DNA of 64,000 nucleotides, from contig NW_019029020.1 in the NCBI RefSeq assembly GCF_002105155.1, forward strand, positions 310,001 through 374,000, read 5' to 3'. Position 1 is the first letter of the stretch. The number at the start of each line of letters is the position of its first letter. Below, piece by piece: positions 1-14,541 of this stretch. A model generated the notes under the pieces. The model was not told the origin of the DNA. It saw only the letters and a list, made by a program, of their open reading frames with translations, and did no database searches. This DNA comes from Lobosporangium transversale. Lineage: Eukaryota. The position numbers and the translations under genes are program-made.

Positions 1-2638
1 GATGAAGAGTTCGAATGATGAAATCACAAAGGCGAATGAGGAGAAATGTCGTAGGTGGGGTGAACGGATGATGAGTTGGGAGAGAGGATCTAGTCGAAGA
101 GATAAAAAAAAAAAGAGAGAAAAAGAGAAGAGAATAACGTCTTGACCGGTCTTTATAATGTCAAGAGTTGGGGAGGTAACGCACCAATTGTATTTAGTAG
201 ACTGGAAGACGTGGAGTTGTCAGACTATGCTCTTCAAATTAATAAGTATTGAGAAACATGTGCTTTCTGTTCCGTCCTAATTTTTTCCTTTCACAAGGAT
301 GTAATGTAAGGTGGTAAGACATGTTTGTTACATATTAAGGTATTTTGTTATGGAGCAATTGCTGAGGATTAAAAAAAGAGCATTAAGTTTGTCCTAATAA
401 ATAAATAGAAACTGAACTAATGCACAGAGGAGACTGAATGAAGTGCACCGAAAACACCCAAAGTGGAGGCGGATGAGGGGACGAGAGCACTCAAGCTCTT
501 GCATAAAACGCACACACAACAAACATAAACATATTCTATTTACACAAACATCTTTGACCGGACAATATTTTAATTCATCATGCCCATCCACGAGACCAAC
601 GAACCAGTAGACAGATTATCCATCGAAAGCAGCCCCTCGAAGAGGCCGAATAAAAATACATCTTAAAAAAAAAACTAGTAACATGAGCTTGTCCCTATTT
701 CACTAGTCTCACCTTTCATCTCTCCAGGCTCCAAGTTCTATCGGCCCTTGCAAAAAATGAAAAGTAGGAATAGTCGTGTCAGTAGTTTAGTGACCTCGAT
801 TTTTTTTTTTTTTTTTTTGGTTGAGCAAGTACTATTAATGCATTGCATCTGAACGTTGCACGACTCGGAGCCGGGTCATATTTTTTTGCGTGGCGGATGT
901 AAGATGGAGGATTTCGAGATAGGAGGACCACTTTTTTCAAATGTCAAATGTCAAATGAGAGCCCAAACGCGAGCATAAGCATTTTTGCACAGATGCATGG
1001 GCACATCTTTTTCTTCTCTGGAACCCTCTTTTTCAGATGCACATGAAGCCTTTCTTTCGAAAAAGGTTAACGCCCACTGTCGGTTCTTACTAATAGCGAA
1101 GATTGATCAGTATGTAAGTATGTATATAAGTATGCGCAACAAGTCTCTCTTTGTTGGTTACCGTTATTTCACGTGAGGGGTACAAGCAAGTCATTTGGAA
1201 GGAAGGTTGTGGAGAGAGAGAGAGCCGGTAAATAAAGAACTATTGGCGCTTGTTAATTGTACTCCATCTTTGACTAATCACATATCCTAACGAACATTCC
1301 AAACATGCATGTCTTTTGTTTTCTCGCACGGTTCATCAAGTTACGAATGGACAGTTGAATACGACACATCAAATATATAATTGATATAACGATGTCGTAG
1401 TGTTCCGAGACTCCGTTAGTATCTTTTTTTTAACTAGCAAATGGTGCACATGAAAATGCGAACGAAAGAGTCACTTATAACAGTTGATTAGTCTAGCATA
1501 ATGAACTCTTGTGCTCTCTTCAAGTGTATTGTTGAATAATACAATAGGGTTTCATGATTGTATCGGTAATAAAGTCCACGATCAAAGGAATCTTCGCTAA
1601 TTTGCACATATTAATACGATGCATAGATCATTGCGAGCGACTATGAGGCTCTCATGGATTTTGCAAACAACGTTCACTCCTGCTATATCTCATCAAGCGG
1701 GGTCTGACCGTAGAATAAAAAGAGTTCGAAATCCGTTGGATAGACTTTTAATTTTGCAGCAAATATGGCAAAAAATGAGCACTTTGCGGAAGAAGGAATC
1801 AGGCTTTTTGTTCCCAGTTGGTTGACTGGGTCCTGATTTAATTATTTTGTCGGTCACATCACATATCCTTTCATTCTTATCTCCGTTGAAAGAGCCACAA
1901 AATGCTTTAAATAGCAGAATTTTTCCCTGCTGAGTTGCCATAACTGGATCCCCCTTTTAACCAATCAGGTGAAGGCCTAGTCTTTCATGGTTGCAATAGT
2001 TTATGGTGCCTGAATGGATGCCGGCCTAGTATTTAGGAGAGAAATCCGATTCGTGTGATACTTCGTGTGATACTTTCATCATTCCTCATGTTCCCGGGTC
2101 TCCGAATCATTTGGTATTGTCCACGTGAGATCAACTGACATCAAGCTTTTATTCAATGGAGGAATGAGACATAGAGCTGAACAGCTGGAGTCTCTTCACC
2201 CGGCTTTCCAGGGAGTTTCTACACCTCGCGTCATGTTACTGTTGAAGTTTTACGCTTGTTTGAAGAAGCCTGTTACAAGGGATGGATTGGGTACCTCTTT
2301 GACCATATTTACGTGTCTCTTCATGACAGTGCGTGCAATGGCCTCCAGTGAGTGCTCCAGACAACAGCAACGTGATGAGGTGTGTAGAAGCAGAGACAGT
2401 TTCGATTGATTCCATCGAATCCCATCCTTAAACAAAAGAGGGGCTTCCACTGTAGTTTTCTATTTTTCTCAACAAAAACTTAAAAAAAACAACAAAATCA
2501 AAAACAGCACACCATTCAGTCATTATTGCTCTTATTCATTCTCATTTACGTATTTCTTTATTTCACAACTTGTTTTGCTACAACCACAGCTTTTAATTAC
2601 AGTACACGAACATTCTACTCCTCTAATTCAACTACATC

Positions 2639-4056
2639 ATGGGCAAATCGCAATCAAAATTGACTACAGAAGAGCTTAAGGACCTTCAGCGCTGCACTCG
2701 CTGTAAGCTTTATTTATTTATCAACGTTTTTTTTTTTTTTTTATTTTTTTTTAGTTATCTTTCACGATGAATGAGTGTCTGTAATAATAATAAAAAAAGA
2801 CTATTATTAATTAACATGTTGCTTGTCTGTTTTTATTCTTCTATCAAACAGTTGACAAGAAAGAGCTTCAGCAATGGTAAATGTGAGATGCCATCCCAAT
2901 GCATTCTCTTCGAAACTGAAAATGATAGCAAGAGAGTGGAGCTTATTGTGCTCTGGTCAATTCAACTACATCATTATCATGGCGTCATTGAAGAGTAGAA
3001 AGTGTTTTTCTTTATTTTTTTTTTAAACTTTCAACACTTGAATCCTCCATCCCTGTCGATGCATGCACTTTTTTTCTCTCTCTCCTTTTTCCATTTGTAT
3101 GGGGGTATGAGAAAAGAAGGTGAGTCTGGAGCCAACAATAGTCTACCGACAGGATATGCGGGCGTGAAGAGAGAATTGTCTACAAAAGCGTGAATAATTC
3201 TAAAGTGGTTTATGGGCCATGATATGGGTCGTTTATCGTGGAAAGCTTGTGGCTAGGATCACTCTTGAAGCCAACATTCTGTTATGAAGATTTCGGCCAT
3301 CAGTTTTAACTTGATTAATTTAATACAACAGGTACAAAGGTTTCATTAAAGACTGCCCGAGCGGCGAACTCGACAAGCCAGAATTCCAGAAGATCTATAA
3401 GCAATTCTTCCCCTTTGGAGACCCTTCGACCTTTGCAGACTACGTCTTCAATGTCTTTGACTCAAACAAAAATGGAAAGATTGACTTCAAGGAGTTCATT
3501 GTTGCCCTGTCCGTTACTTCCCGCGGAGATCTTGAAGACAAGTTGCAATGTAAGCAGACACGTCATTCGACAACACATTACATCGGGCTCTCTATTTCTG
3601 GACCAAAAGGTCATTTCTTTAATTTTGCTGCTCTAGAAGCAGCTGAACAACATCAGTGAAGTCATGTATCACTCATTATCGCCGACGTCAAAGTCAAGGC
3701 GCTTGCAGTGTCACTTTGATAGACTGATGCAACAATTTTGTGTTGGTATTTCAGCTTGCTTATGTGTAATCTACTCTATTTTTGGATTAGGGGCGTTCCA
3801 ATTGTATGATATCGATCAGGACCAGTCTATCACATATGATGAGATGCTGAGCATTGTGGACGCCATTTACAAGATGGTTGGCACAATGGTAAAGCTTCCT
3901 CCGGATGAGGATACAGCTGAAAAGCGCGTCTCGAAGATTTTTTCACTCATGGACAAGGACAGAGACGGAAGATTGACCTTTGATGAGTTCAAAGAAGGTT
4001 CCATGAAGGATCCCACAATTGTACAGGCACTCAGTTTGTATGATGGTCTTGTTTAA
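2639..4056 (+). CDS. frq1: Neuronal calcium sensor-1/frequenin, N-myristoylated EF-hand protein; exons 2639-2702, 2852-2876, 3332-3549, 3791-4056
   Basis: The spliced translation [61 protein letters not shown]...[20 protein letters not shown]...[15 protein letters not shown] matches the NCS-1/Frq1 family. All three introns are GT-AG and in phase. Confidence 0.97.
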
Positions 4057-4187
4057 GTTGCTATAGCAATAAATTGATTTGACTGCCCATTGTCCATTGA
4101 CGGCAGCACCATTCAGTCCTTTGCTTTTTTTTATGGTTATCAGAACTTAAATAAAATTCTGTTGTAAAAAATAAAAATTTTGTAGTA

Positions 4188-4224
4188 GAGTCCTCGCCAA
4201 AAAGTCATAAACTGGATATATTTT
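4188..4224 (+). repeat. Left terminal inverted repeat
   Basis: 4202-4224 AAGTCATAAACTGGATATATTTT is the exact reverse complement of 6493-6515. The outer part differs by one indel and two substitutions. Confidence 0.92.
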
Positions 4225-4380
4225 ACAATACTCAATTTGAATTAAAAATTTGAAAAATAAAAATTTACGTACGAAGACAAAAATGCATATATTTTTTGAA
4301 TAGAAGGAATGAATTAGATGCATGGCCACCAAACCAATTCAATCTTCGTTTTTAATTAGAAATATTAGAATTTGCGAGAA

Positions 4381-6423
4381 ATGGGCAACATCATTCTCAA
4401 TCTCATTCTCGATCTCATCCTCATTGTCAACCTACTTTATTCGCAATCTTCAGATAGTAAAATGTCTTTCCCTTTTGATATCAATAACCTACTCTCATAC
4501 AACGATCTTGGTGGTTGGTATAGCGAAGGAAATATCGACCAAATGATTTCAGGCACACCCTTCACTCCGCCTCGAAGATCGCCACAACTGCCCACTGAAG
4601 CCGATCTCTCCCCTATTAGGTCTCCTACCGAATATCAATGGATTACTCCTCCCAGAAACGAGCCAAGGAGTTCTACCTCATTAGAGCAATTCGGTGAGCG
4701 TCCCAATACCCTCGATTTAAATCCATTCTTGTCAGACAAACAAACTGGAGAGAGAAAAAAGGCATTTACACGCAGTAAAGCGTCCGTTACTAAAGACGAA
4801 TACGCGATAATAGCTCATACATATAATGCTATAATGAATGCGCCACCAGCAGTCCAAGACTGGTTTAAGAAGACAGACAACAGAGCAATGGACCTTTCTA
4901 TTCTGATGGGTGTAGGGAGAAACACTTGTGTGGCAGCAATTAAATATGCACAAACAGGCATCGTCGAAATGACAGGGCGAGGAAGAACTGGACGCCCTAA
5001 AAAAGAAGCGGACAAGGATTTAAACTCGAAGGTGCTGAATATCATAGTTGAATCAAACAAGAGCGGGACTCCTAATTCTGCGGGTTTAATTGCAAACCAA
5101 CTGAAAGAAGACTTTGAAATCGACAGATCAGCAAGATCAATCACTCGCGACCTCCGTAAAATGGGACTGTATTGGGGCAAAGGGATCCGACAGAACTTTT
5201 TGCACGACTCCAAGGAGAATATTGCCTTCCGAGCTACTTACCTGAAGCGCCGTCTTAAGAATTTAAAACTAGTAGACGGCAGTTGGGTGCCTAGGACTCC
5301 AGAGGTCTTCTTGGACGAGTCTTACTGCCACATTGACCATGCTGCAGCAAGACGTTGGGTGCAAAGTGGCGGTGGTGTCATTAACGATGCAGGAAGGAAA
5401 CCAATCATGGTTATATTTGCAGCCTTCATTGTATATTATGATGAAGCTGCTAAAAAGGTTGAAGGCAAATTCGTTAATGATAGCGTGTATGTTTGGCCAT
5501 CAAAGGGACCAAAGCCTCAATCAAAAAAAGGCCAAGAGCAGGAGGCTGAACTGTGGGATGACGTACCTGAGGAGATCAGGAATGCAGGGGTCGTGGCAAC
5601 AGATCACGATTATCATGGAAACTTCAACGCTAGTTTGTTCGATAGTATCTTTAAGCGACTTTGTGAGAATCTCAATAAGATGGGACTTGGCCCTTGTAAA
5701 ATCCATCTTGATGGCGCTTCATATCACTTTCACAAGAAAAACAGGAAACCAACCAAGAGCGACACTGTGAAAACTATCAAAGAGTGGCTCACGGGCAAGG
5801 AGATTGTTATTCCAACAAGGGAAAATGGAAAAGCACTGAACAAAAACGAGCTTATGGAATTGGTTAACGCTCTTCCTGATGAGTCGTATTTCTCTATCAG
5901 TAAAATAGCCCAGGAGAATGGTGGACATGAAATCCTCAAGACTCCACCCTACCATTGCGAGCTACAACCTATTGAGAAGATCTGGGCAGTTGTGAAAAAC
6001 ATAATTGCCTCGAGAGCAATGGTGACAATGACATCCATCTTGCTGAAAAAAAGGCTACTAAGCTTGTTTTCCCAGATTCCGTGTAAAGTCTTTTACTCTG
6101 TATGGAAGAAGTCTGTGAAAATTGGCATGAGATACTATAACGAGAGGAGTCATGCACAGGAAGAAATAGTCGAAGAGGTTTATCAAGAGGTTTTTGATGA
6201 AAACGAGCCTATTGTGGACCTTAGTGACACTTTCAAAGTCGACAATAGTGAGTGGGATGCAGAACTCATTAGAGTACTAAATCAAGAGCGAGCTGAAGCT
6301 GTTACCCTAGGCCCTGAGATAGTGGATCTTACACTAGATGCTGGAAGCATGTTTAATGTGATAGAGGATAGCGAGTCTGAGGACGAGCCTCTTATCAATC
6401 GAAAACGCTCTCGTAAAAATTAA
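4381..6423 (+). CDS. DDE transposase (Tc1/IS630 DDE_3 type); start ATG at 4381 or 4462
   Basis: HTH (AMDLSILMGVGRNTCVAAIKY), GRP-type linker (RGRTGRPKK) and a second HTH (SAGLIANQLKEDFEIDRSARSITRDLRKMGL). Catalytic motifs are FLDESY, HLDGASYH and TPPYHCELQPIEKIWAVVK. Confidence 0.95.
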   Translation: MGNIILNLILDLILIVNLLYSQSSDSKMSFPFDINNLLSYNDLGGWYSEGNIDQMISGTPFTPPRRSPQLPTEADLSPIRSPTEYQWITPPRNEPRSSTSLEQFGERPNTLDLNPFLSDKQTGERKKAFTRSKASVTKDEYAIIAHTYNAIMNAPPAVQDWFKKTDNRAMDLSILMGVGRNTCVAAIKYAQTGIVEMTGRGRTGRPKKEADKDLNSKVLNIIVESNKSGTPNSAGLIANQLKEDFEIDRSARSITRDLRKMGLYWGKGIRQNFLHDSKENIAFRATYLKRRLKNLKLVDGSWVPRTPEVFLDESYCHIDHAAARRWVQSGGGVINDAGRKPIMVIFAAFIVYYDEAAKKVEGKFVNDSVYVWPSKGPKPQSKKGQEQEAELWDDVPEEIRNAGVVATDHDYHGNFNASLFDSIFKRLCENLNKMGLGPCKIHLDGASYHFHKKNRKPTKSDTVKTIKEWLTGKEIVIPTRENGKALNKNELMELVNALPDESYFSISKIAQENGGHEILKTPPYHCELQPIEKIWAVVKNIIASRAMVTMTSILLKKRLLSLFSQIPCKVFYSVWKKSVKIGMRYYNERSHAQEEIVEEVYQEVFDENEPIVDLSDTFKVDNSEWDAELIRVLNQERAEAVTLGPEIVDLTLDAGSMFNVIEDSESEDEPLINRKRSRKN

Positions 6424-6492
6424 AATTTTGAGTTTGTACGTATTTTTCCTGCGTCTAAAAGTGGAAGTATTCTATTCAATTTAAAAGCCTGA

Positions 6493-6528
6493 AAAATATA
6501 TCCAGTTTATGACTTATTGGTGAGACTC
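6493..6528 (-). repeat. Right terminal inverted repeat
   Basis: Its reverse complement reads GAGTCTCACCAATAAGTCATAAACTGGATATATTTT and matches the left end. Confidence 0.92.
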
Positions 6529-8157
6529 TAGAAAGGATTTGGATCACGTGCTCAATATTCTTAAACGTTTATTGCTCAGCCTTCTAATTATGGTTGTTGC
6601 GTCTATTGAATCTAACCAATGCTTGTTTGTGTACGTGTTGTTTGCTTGCTGTGAACCGTGTCTATTATATCCAACAACGTTATTCTCCCTTCTTCCCCTC
6701 ATCTTACGAGCTCCTACTTGGAACCCTCGATCGCAGCATCCTGTCTTATTCATCTCCTTTATTATATTTCCTATCCTCATCTTTTTTTCCCTGCTTCTTC
6801 TTCCTTCTGTCCCTCGCATCTATTCCAATTTTATCATTCTCATATCACGGACAGGTAAATGAGGGGGTGATGTTGAGTATCTTTTTTTTTTTTTTTTTTT
6901 TTTTTTGAGCTTGTTGAGTCTCTTCGATTCTATTCTTTTCATCCATCCTCTTTTTATGTCTTTTTTCTTTATTCATTTCCCACGAAGTATCAATAAGATT
7001 ATGAACTTCTTTACTTTGTATGAAGCGCTTGTTTATCCAGCATCCTCGATTCATCTGCTTTACCGGTAGCTCTGCTCTCCTTTTCATTTCTTTTGTCCTT
7101 CTAAGCGCCACCAATTTCTTGCTGCATCAGAGGTGTCATTAGACTATCTGCTTTCATTTGAAAAGAAATTCTTTTTGTCAAAATTGTATAGTCTTACCAT
7201 ATTTGTCTGTAAAAGAGAATTAATTTTGGGTGAAAGTCGACAACTGGCGCAGTCCAAGGGGGTTCAGGGTGCAATGACCTTTTAAAGCATGAATATTCTT
7301 GAGAAGAGTTCTTTTTCGTTGGAGCGCATGACCGGCTAGTTTTCCCTTCTGCCCTTGCAAGCATTCATGCAAGCAAATACTATTCGTTGTTTGTCGTCAT
7401 TGTGAGGGATTGCTTGATTCGGTGGACTCGCACAAATTCCTTCTTGCAGAGGGCCGTGTCTTTTTTTTCTTTTGCAGGAGCTAATGAAGCCTTTTATTAT
7501 TATCAGGGGTCAGGAGTCATCCTTAGTATTATAGGTTTTAATAATCCCAGGACAGCATTCACAGGTACGTCAATATAAGTAAACTTTTCTTCTTTTTTCT
7601 TTTTCTTTTTCTTTTTTCTTTCAAATACGGCTCAGCGATGCTGTTGATGTTGCCTTGCTTCAAATCTTTTCTTGTTCTAACCGCAGTGCTCACGAGCTAG
7701 AAGCACACTGACATATATCTGCTACTTGGCTCATTTTTTTGTTATTTCGTCCGCCTCCTAAACTCGATTTACGTACGTCTCTTGACTTCCCTCATCAACT
7801 TTTAAGACGCACTGTTAGTTGATCCCTTTCAGAAGAGGTTACATTCCGCTTACTCTTCATTAGTTTCAATACTCTATTTGGTTTATTCGTGCGTCCTATA
7901 GCACAGCCCATCTTCCATCCCGCTCACTGAACGCGCGCCTCGGATCCCTGGAGGGCCTCAGTGCTTTAATCACTAATAAAGCCGAGGCAATTTGCAAGCG
8001 GCTTTGAATTTTTAGTGTGTCTGGGATCACGCTGGTCCAGCCACATCTGAGGTTTGCTTTCCGTATCATCTGAATCCCTGACTTAAGTCTGACACTATTG
8101 ACGTGCCCAAGCGCTACTTTACATTAAAATTAAGACCCAAGAGGACCAACTGTCAAT

Positions 8158-9082
8158 ATGTCAAACGAAAGCCAGTTTTTCGGATCCTCTATACTGAGAT
8201 ACATGATGCAAGACTTCAGCCAATATCCCCCTCGAAAATCTTCTGCTCTCAGGTTACCGCTATCCGAGGCATTTAAGCCTTCAAGCGAACCTCAGTCGCC
8301 AGCACTGGCACAGGCATTAGCCATCCCCGGCTCACCCAAGTATGGAACCAACAGCTTTTTATTCACCGTAAGTAATTTTGTATCATCACCATTGCCGTTC
8401 ACAAAGTCCTCGATTCCGCAAAGAGAGCATAGCTGACCCTGTGACCAAAATTAGGACAATGAAAAGCATAGCTGGCTGGGATACGGTCAAAGATACAGAG
8501 CTGCTTTGAGTAAACACTACTCTGAAAGCATACATAACCAGGCCCCCGGTATCAATGATAACGGAGGGCAAGCTCGTGATAGTGACATTAAAATGTCACT
8601 ATTGGATCGAAAAGCAAAATCCCACGTACAGGTTGGCCCCCAAGCTAGGAAAAGTTATCTCGCACAGCCCTCGAGTGTTGATCTAGATCACGATGCACAA
8701 CAGAACCTATTCTTGCCTTGCCTTGCCGCTCAAAGCTTATTTTCGTCAAGAGCTTCTTTACTCGCATCTGAGTTGCTGCCGCGAGCCATAGATGCTGGTG
8801 AGGAGAGGTCCTTAATGCCTGGCCCTTTGCTCTTCGGGCCATGCCTCCTTCCAAAGTATAGGTGCGCTCACCCTAGGTTGGTCGCTCCATCAAATGCCTT
8901 GAGCGAGCAGCTGTCTGTGCTTATCGTTAAGAAAGGTATACCTATACCAACTCGCTGGCTTCAAGTCTCAAACATTCCTCGAAGCATGCCTATTTGGCGG
9001 GCTCGTGCTGCTTTTAAGGTGATTAGATGGCTTTGTTGATGTGAAATGGTATTTTACTATTGTACGAAAGTAGTACTAAAAC

Positions 9083-9117
<35 letters not shown>

Positions 9118-11144
9118 GCTTTCATTATTTCAGGGCTATGGGGATTTGAGAGGGATTTTTACAGCCTATTTAAATGGCGAAATGTCCCTATTTATCGAGT
9201 TCTTTGACATCAGGAATGCGGTAAAAGCTTCTAGAAACTTATATTCAAGTAAATTGTTTGACATGACAGTCAACAAAGTGCGGTTCTGCCCAAGTGCTGT
9301 ATTATTTCAAGTAAGCGTAGACCTTAGCTTTCTCAGAGATTACGCTCCTGGTTGTAGCCATATGAACTAAATTAATGATTGTCGAGCTTAGGTCTCAGCG
9401 GATTACGCAAAAAACCCAAACCAAGGAGTCCTGAAAATATCACTGCAAGCGCCATTACTTAATGAGAGTGACATGCTGGTAAGCATACAGATGAGCCTGA
9501 GTGCCTCATTGCGAAACTATCGCCTTTGCCCAACAGCCCTGTTAGGGTGCTAATAAGTCCTTATTTGGTATCAATATAGCACCTCCTCGGTTCTTATGGT
9601 GATATCCGATCGTTTCGAACTGAGTTGACCTGTTGGCCACTTGTAACATTCGTGGAGTACTATGACGCCAGAGACACCGCTACTGCAAAAGCTGGTTTGG
9701 AAGAGGCGAGCAACAATGTACGCAATAGGTTTTATGAGATATTGAGATAAGGTTCCTTTATTATAGACTATTAATATAACATAGCATACTAATTTTATTT
9801 CCTTTCCAGAAACAAATACTATGCCATGTTCAATTTTGCGACAGGAGCATGGTGGAGCTCGTGGCACGAAGCCAGCCACAGAGCCAATCTAGAGACAGAA
9901 TAGCGCCGGCAAAATCGACACTACCATTGGAGCGATCTACCGATGTATTAAGCTTGCCTTTGCCTTCTGGTGTCCGGCAAGGAATCAGTGCTAAGAGCTC
10001 AAGCTCCCCGACAAACATGGCAAATTCTGAGTTTTATCCGCAACAAAATGAATCCTCATGTCCATTTCAAGGCTTGAGCGATATTAGCCACGCGTTACCG
10101 ACAGTTGCTTTGAGCGAAGTTATCAGCGATGAACTTTCAACCAAGCCATCCAATGAATGGTCAAATAAGTCACCCTCAGGACCAAATTCGATAGTCCCGC
10201 TTCAGAACAGTCATCATGAGGTGAACCCAAGGGCTATGGGACAGCCTAAAAGCACGTTTGAGTCTGTGAATGCTGCTGGCGTAAGCAGTACAAAATCGAA
10301 TATTGCCGTGGTTTCAAACAGTAAGCACTGTCAAGAGTATTTATAAGGCTTATAGCGGTTTAAAAATTGTGTAGTCTATTCATTTATTAACCCGGAGCAT
10401 CAGGTTCCGACAAACGCACTACATTCATGATTCGGAACATTCCTAATAAATACACGCAGGTAAGATTATCTCTCTCTCTCCCTTTTTTTTTTTTTTTTTT
10501 TTTTTTTCGACATACACTAATGTGAGAGCAACATGCCATTTTGTTCATAGCAAATGCTTCTTGAGTGCATAAACGAAACCCATTTCGGAAAGTTCGATTT
10601 TTTATATCTGCGAATGGACTTTAAGAGCAAGTGCAATGTCGGCTATGCATTCATAAACTTTATCAACACTGAGTAAGTTGAGAAGCGCGTTGCTGTTCAT
10701 TTTTGGTTTTATTCTTTGCATTAACTGTCGTGGATTCCTTTAATATATTTTGCTAGTGTCATTCCATCATTTGTGGAGCAGTATGTGGGTAAGAAGTGGT
10801 CTCGCTTTAACTCGGACAAGATTTGCAGCCTTTCATATGCAGTAATTCAAGGCAGAAAGGCTTTGATCGAAAAATTTCGGAATTCATGGTATGAATGCGT
10901 CGAGATTTGTTTTTATTTTAGTCTGTTTTATTTAAACGTCGAGCTCATCCACCATTGCGTATCCGACAATAGTGTTATGAATGAAGAGCCACATTATCGC
11001 CCCAAGCTCTACTACACTAGTGGAGCAAACAGAGGCCTAGAGGAGCCGTTTCCTGAGCCAACTGCGCACAGGAATGCAGCGCACAGGCCTCTGCGGCGTC
11101 GGTCTTCAGGCTGCCGCAAAGGGGCTGCCACCTTTTTTGCGTAG
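8158..11144 (+). CDS. mei2: Mei2-like RNA-binding protein (RRMs plus C-terminal RRM_2/Mei2 domain), multi-exon
   Basis: Exons encode IEFFDIRNAVKA, RTTFMIRNIPNKYTQ, FDFLYLRMDFKSKCNVGYAFINF and KKWSRFNSDKICSLSYAVIQGRKALIEKFRNS...VMNEEPHYRPKLYYT, which is diagnostic of the Mei2 RRM3. The start codon is uncertain. Confidence 0.9.
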
Positions 11145-12096
11145 CAGCCTGTGCCTGAGGCAATTGCATCGAACACCTTATTAGGGAAAAAGGTGGGAGA
11201 CGCTAAAGGGGGATGGGTTGTCTACGAATTCCTTGCCCCCTTAGAATAATTAATGCTTTGCCTCGTTGCGCGATAATAAAGAGCTCGTAAGCTACAACAG
11301 AGGAGTGGAAGGATTATCTTGAGTCTTCAACGATCTTTTTATAGTGTGTGTGCTTTTTTTGCAATGAGAAGGATAAACGTGCTTTTAGATTAATTTATTC
11401 TTCGTCACAAAGAGTTGTTGTTGGTTGTTTTTTTTTTTTTTTTTTTTTTTTTTTTTCGCTTGTGCTCAAGCCAAGCCAAAGGCAACATCGGAAGGCCCAT
11501 CGCCCTCCCTCTGCCTACAGATGCTTTAGCAAGACATCTAACAGAAGGCTTCCATCCTCCGAGTTTCAGTTTGTTGACACCAAGATCGGATCACATGGTC
11601 ATCAATGGCGATCACAGTTCCTACTTGTCACATGCGCTTTTGATGATCAAAGTCACCCAGGGAAAATTTTGTGCGACGATCCAGGTTCAAATGAATATTT
11701 GATCTCAAAGCGGATATTTTCTTCTGCGACTTCCTCACGAGCTCCTGCAATTAAGACAAGCCAATTCTCAGCACTTCTGATAACCGTAGCAATAACCAAA
11801 AGAAAGGAAGCTATTATCATAGACGCCAAAAATGAAAAAAATGCCAAAGCCTTACATTTCACGACCTTTCAAGTCGCGCTAGACTATCAAATGAGTTGCC
11901 ATACGCAGTATCGCCTTACTGAACTAAAATGCGTATAAAAAAAGAAATACATTTAAAGATCTATAAGTTAAGAAAAAATTCCATGACTGATGACTGATGT
12001 TTTATTTTGGTGTTCTACATCGCTAGAATTATGTAGCCTCGAAGAGGAGTCGAGATAGAAGAACGCAAGACATGTTTCTTAAAAAAAATTAGATGA

Positions 12097-14541
<2,445 letters not shown>

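Larger units (their letters stand above)
4188..6528 (+). mobile_element. Full-length IS630-Tc1-mariner class DNA transposon (DD87E, Sailor-like), about 2.34 kb
   Basis: TA flanks both ends (4186-4187 and 6529-6530). Imperfect TIRs read GAGTC(C)TC(G/A)CCAA(A/T)AAGTCATAAACTGGATATATTTT. The element holds a single intronless DDE transposase ORF. Confidence 0.93.

Noticed and set aside
1..2600. Short ORFs and small repeats upstream of frq1 (e.g. TCGTGTGATACT x2 at about 2052-2075, ATGTCAA repeats at about 941-957)
   Set aside because: No protein similarity or splice-consistent structure; ordinary intergenic slippage repeats.
4188..6528. Possible Fanzor/TnpB cargo or guide RNA in the transposon
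   Set aside because: There is only one ORF, no RuvC or Zn-finger motifs, and just about 105 bp between the stop and the element end.
11348..11938. 196-aa and 95-aa ORFs downstream of mei2
   Set aside because: They run through a poly-T tract (poly-Phe), lack an ATG start and show no domain; likely spurious.
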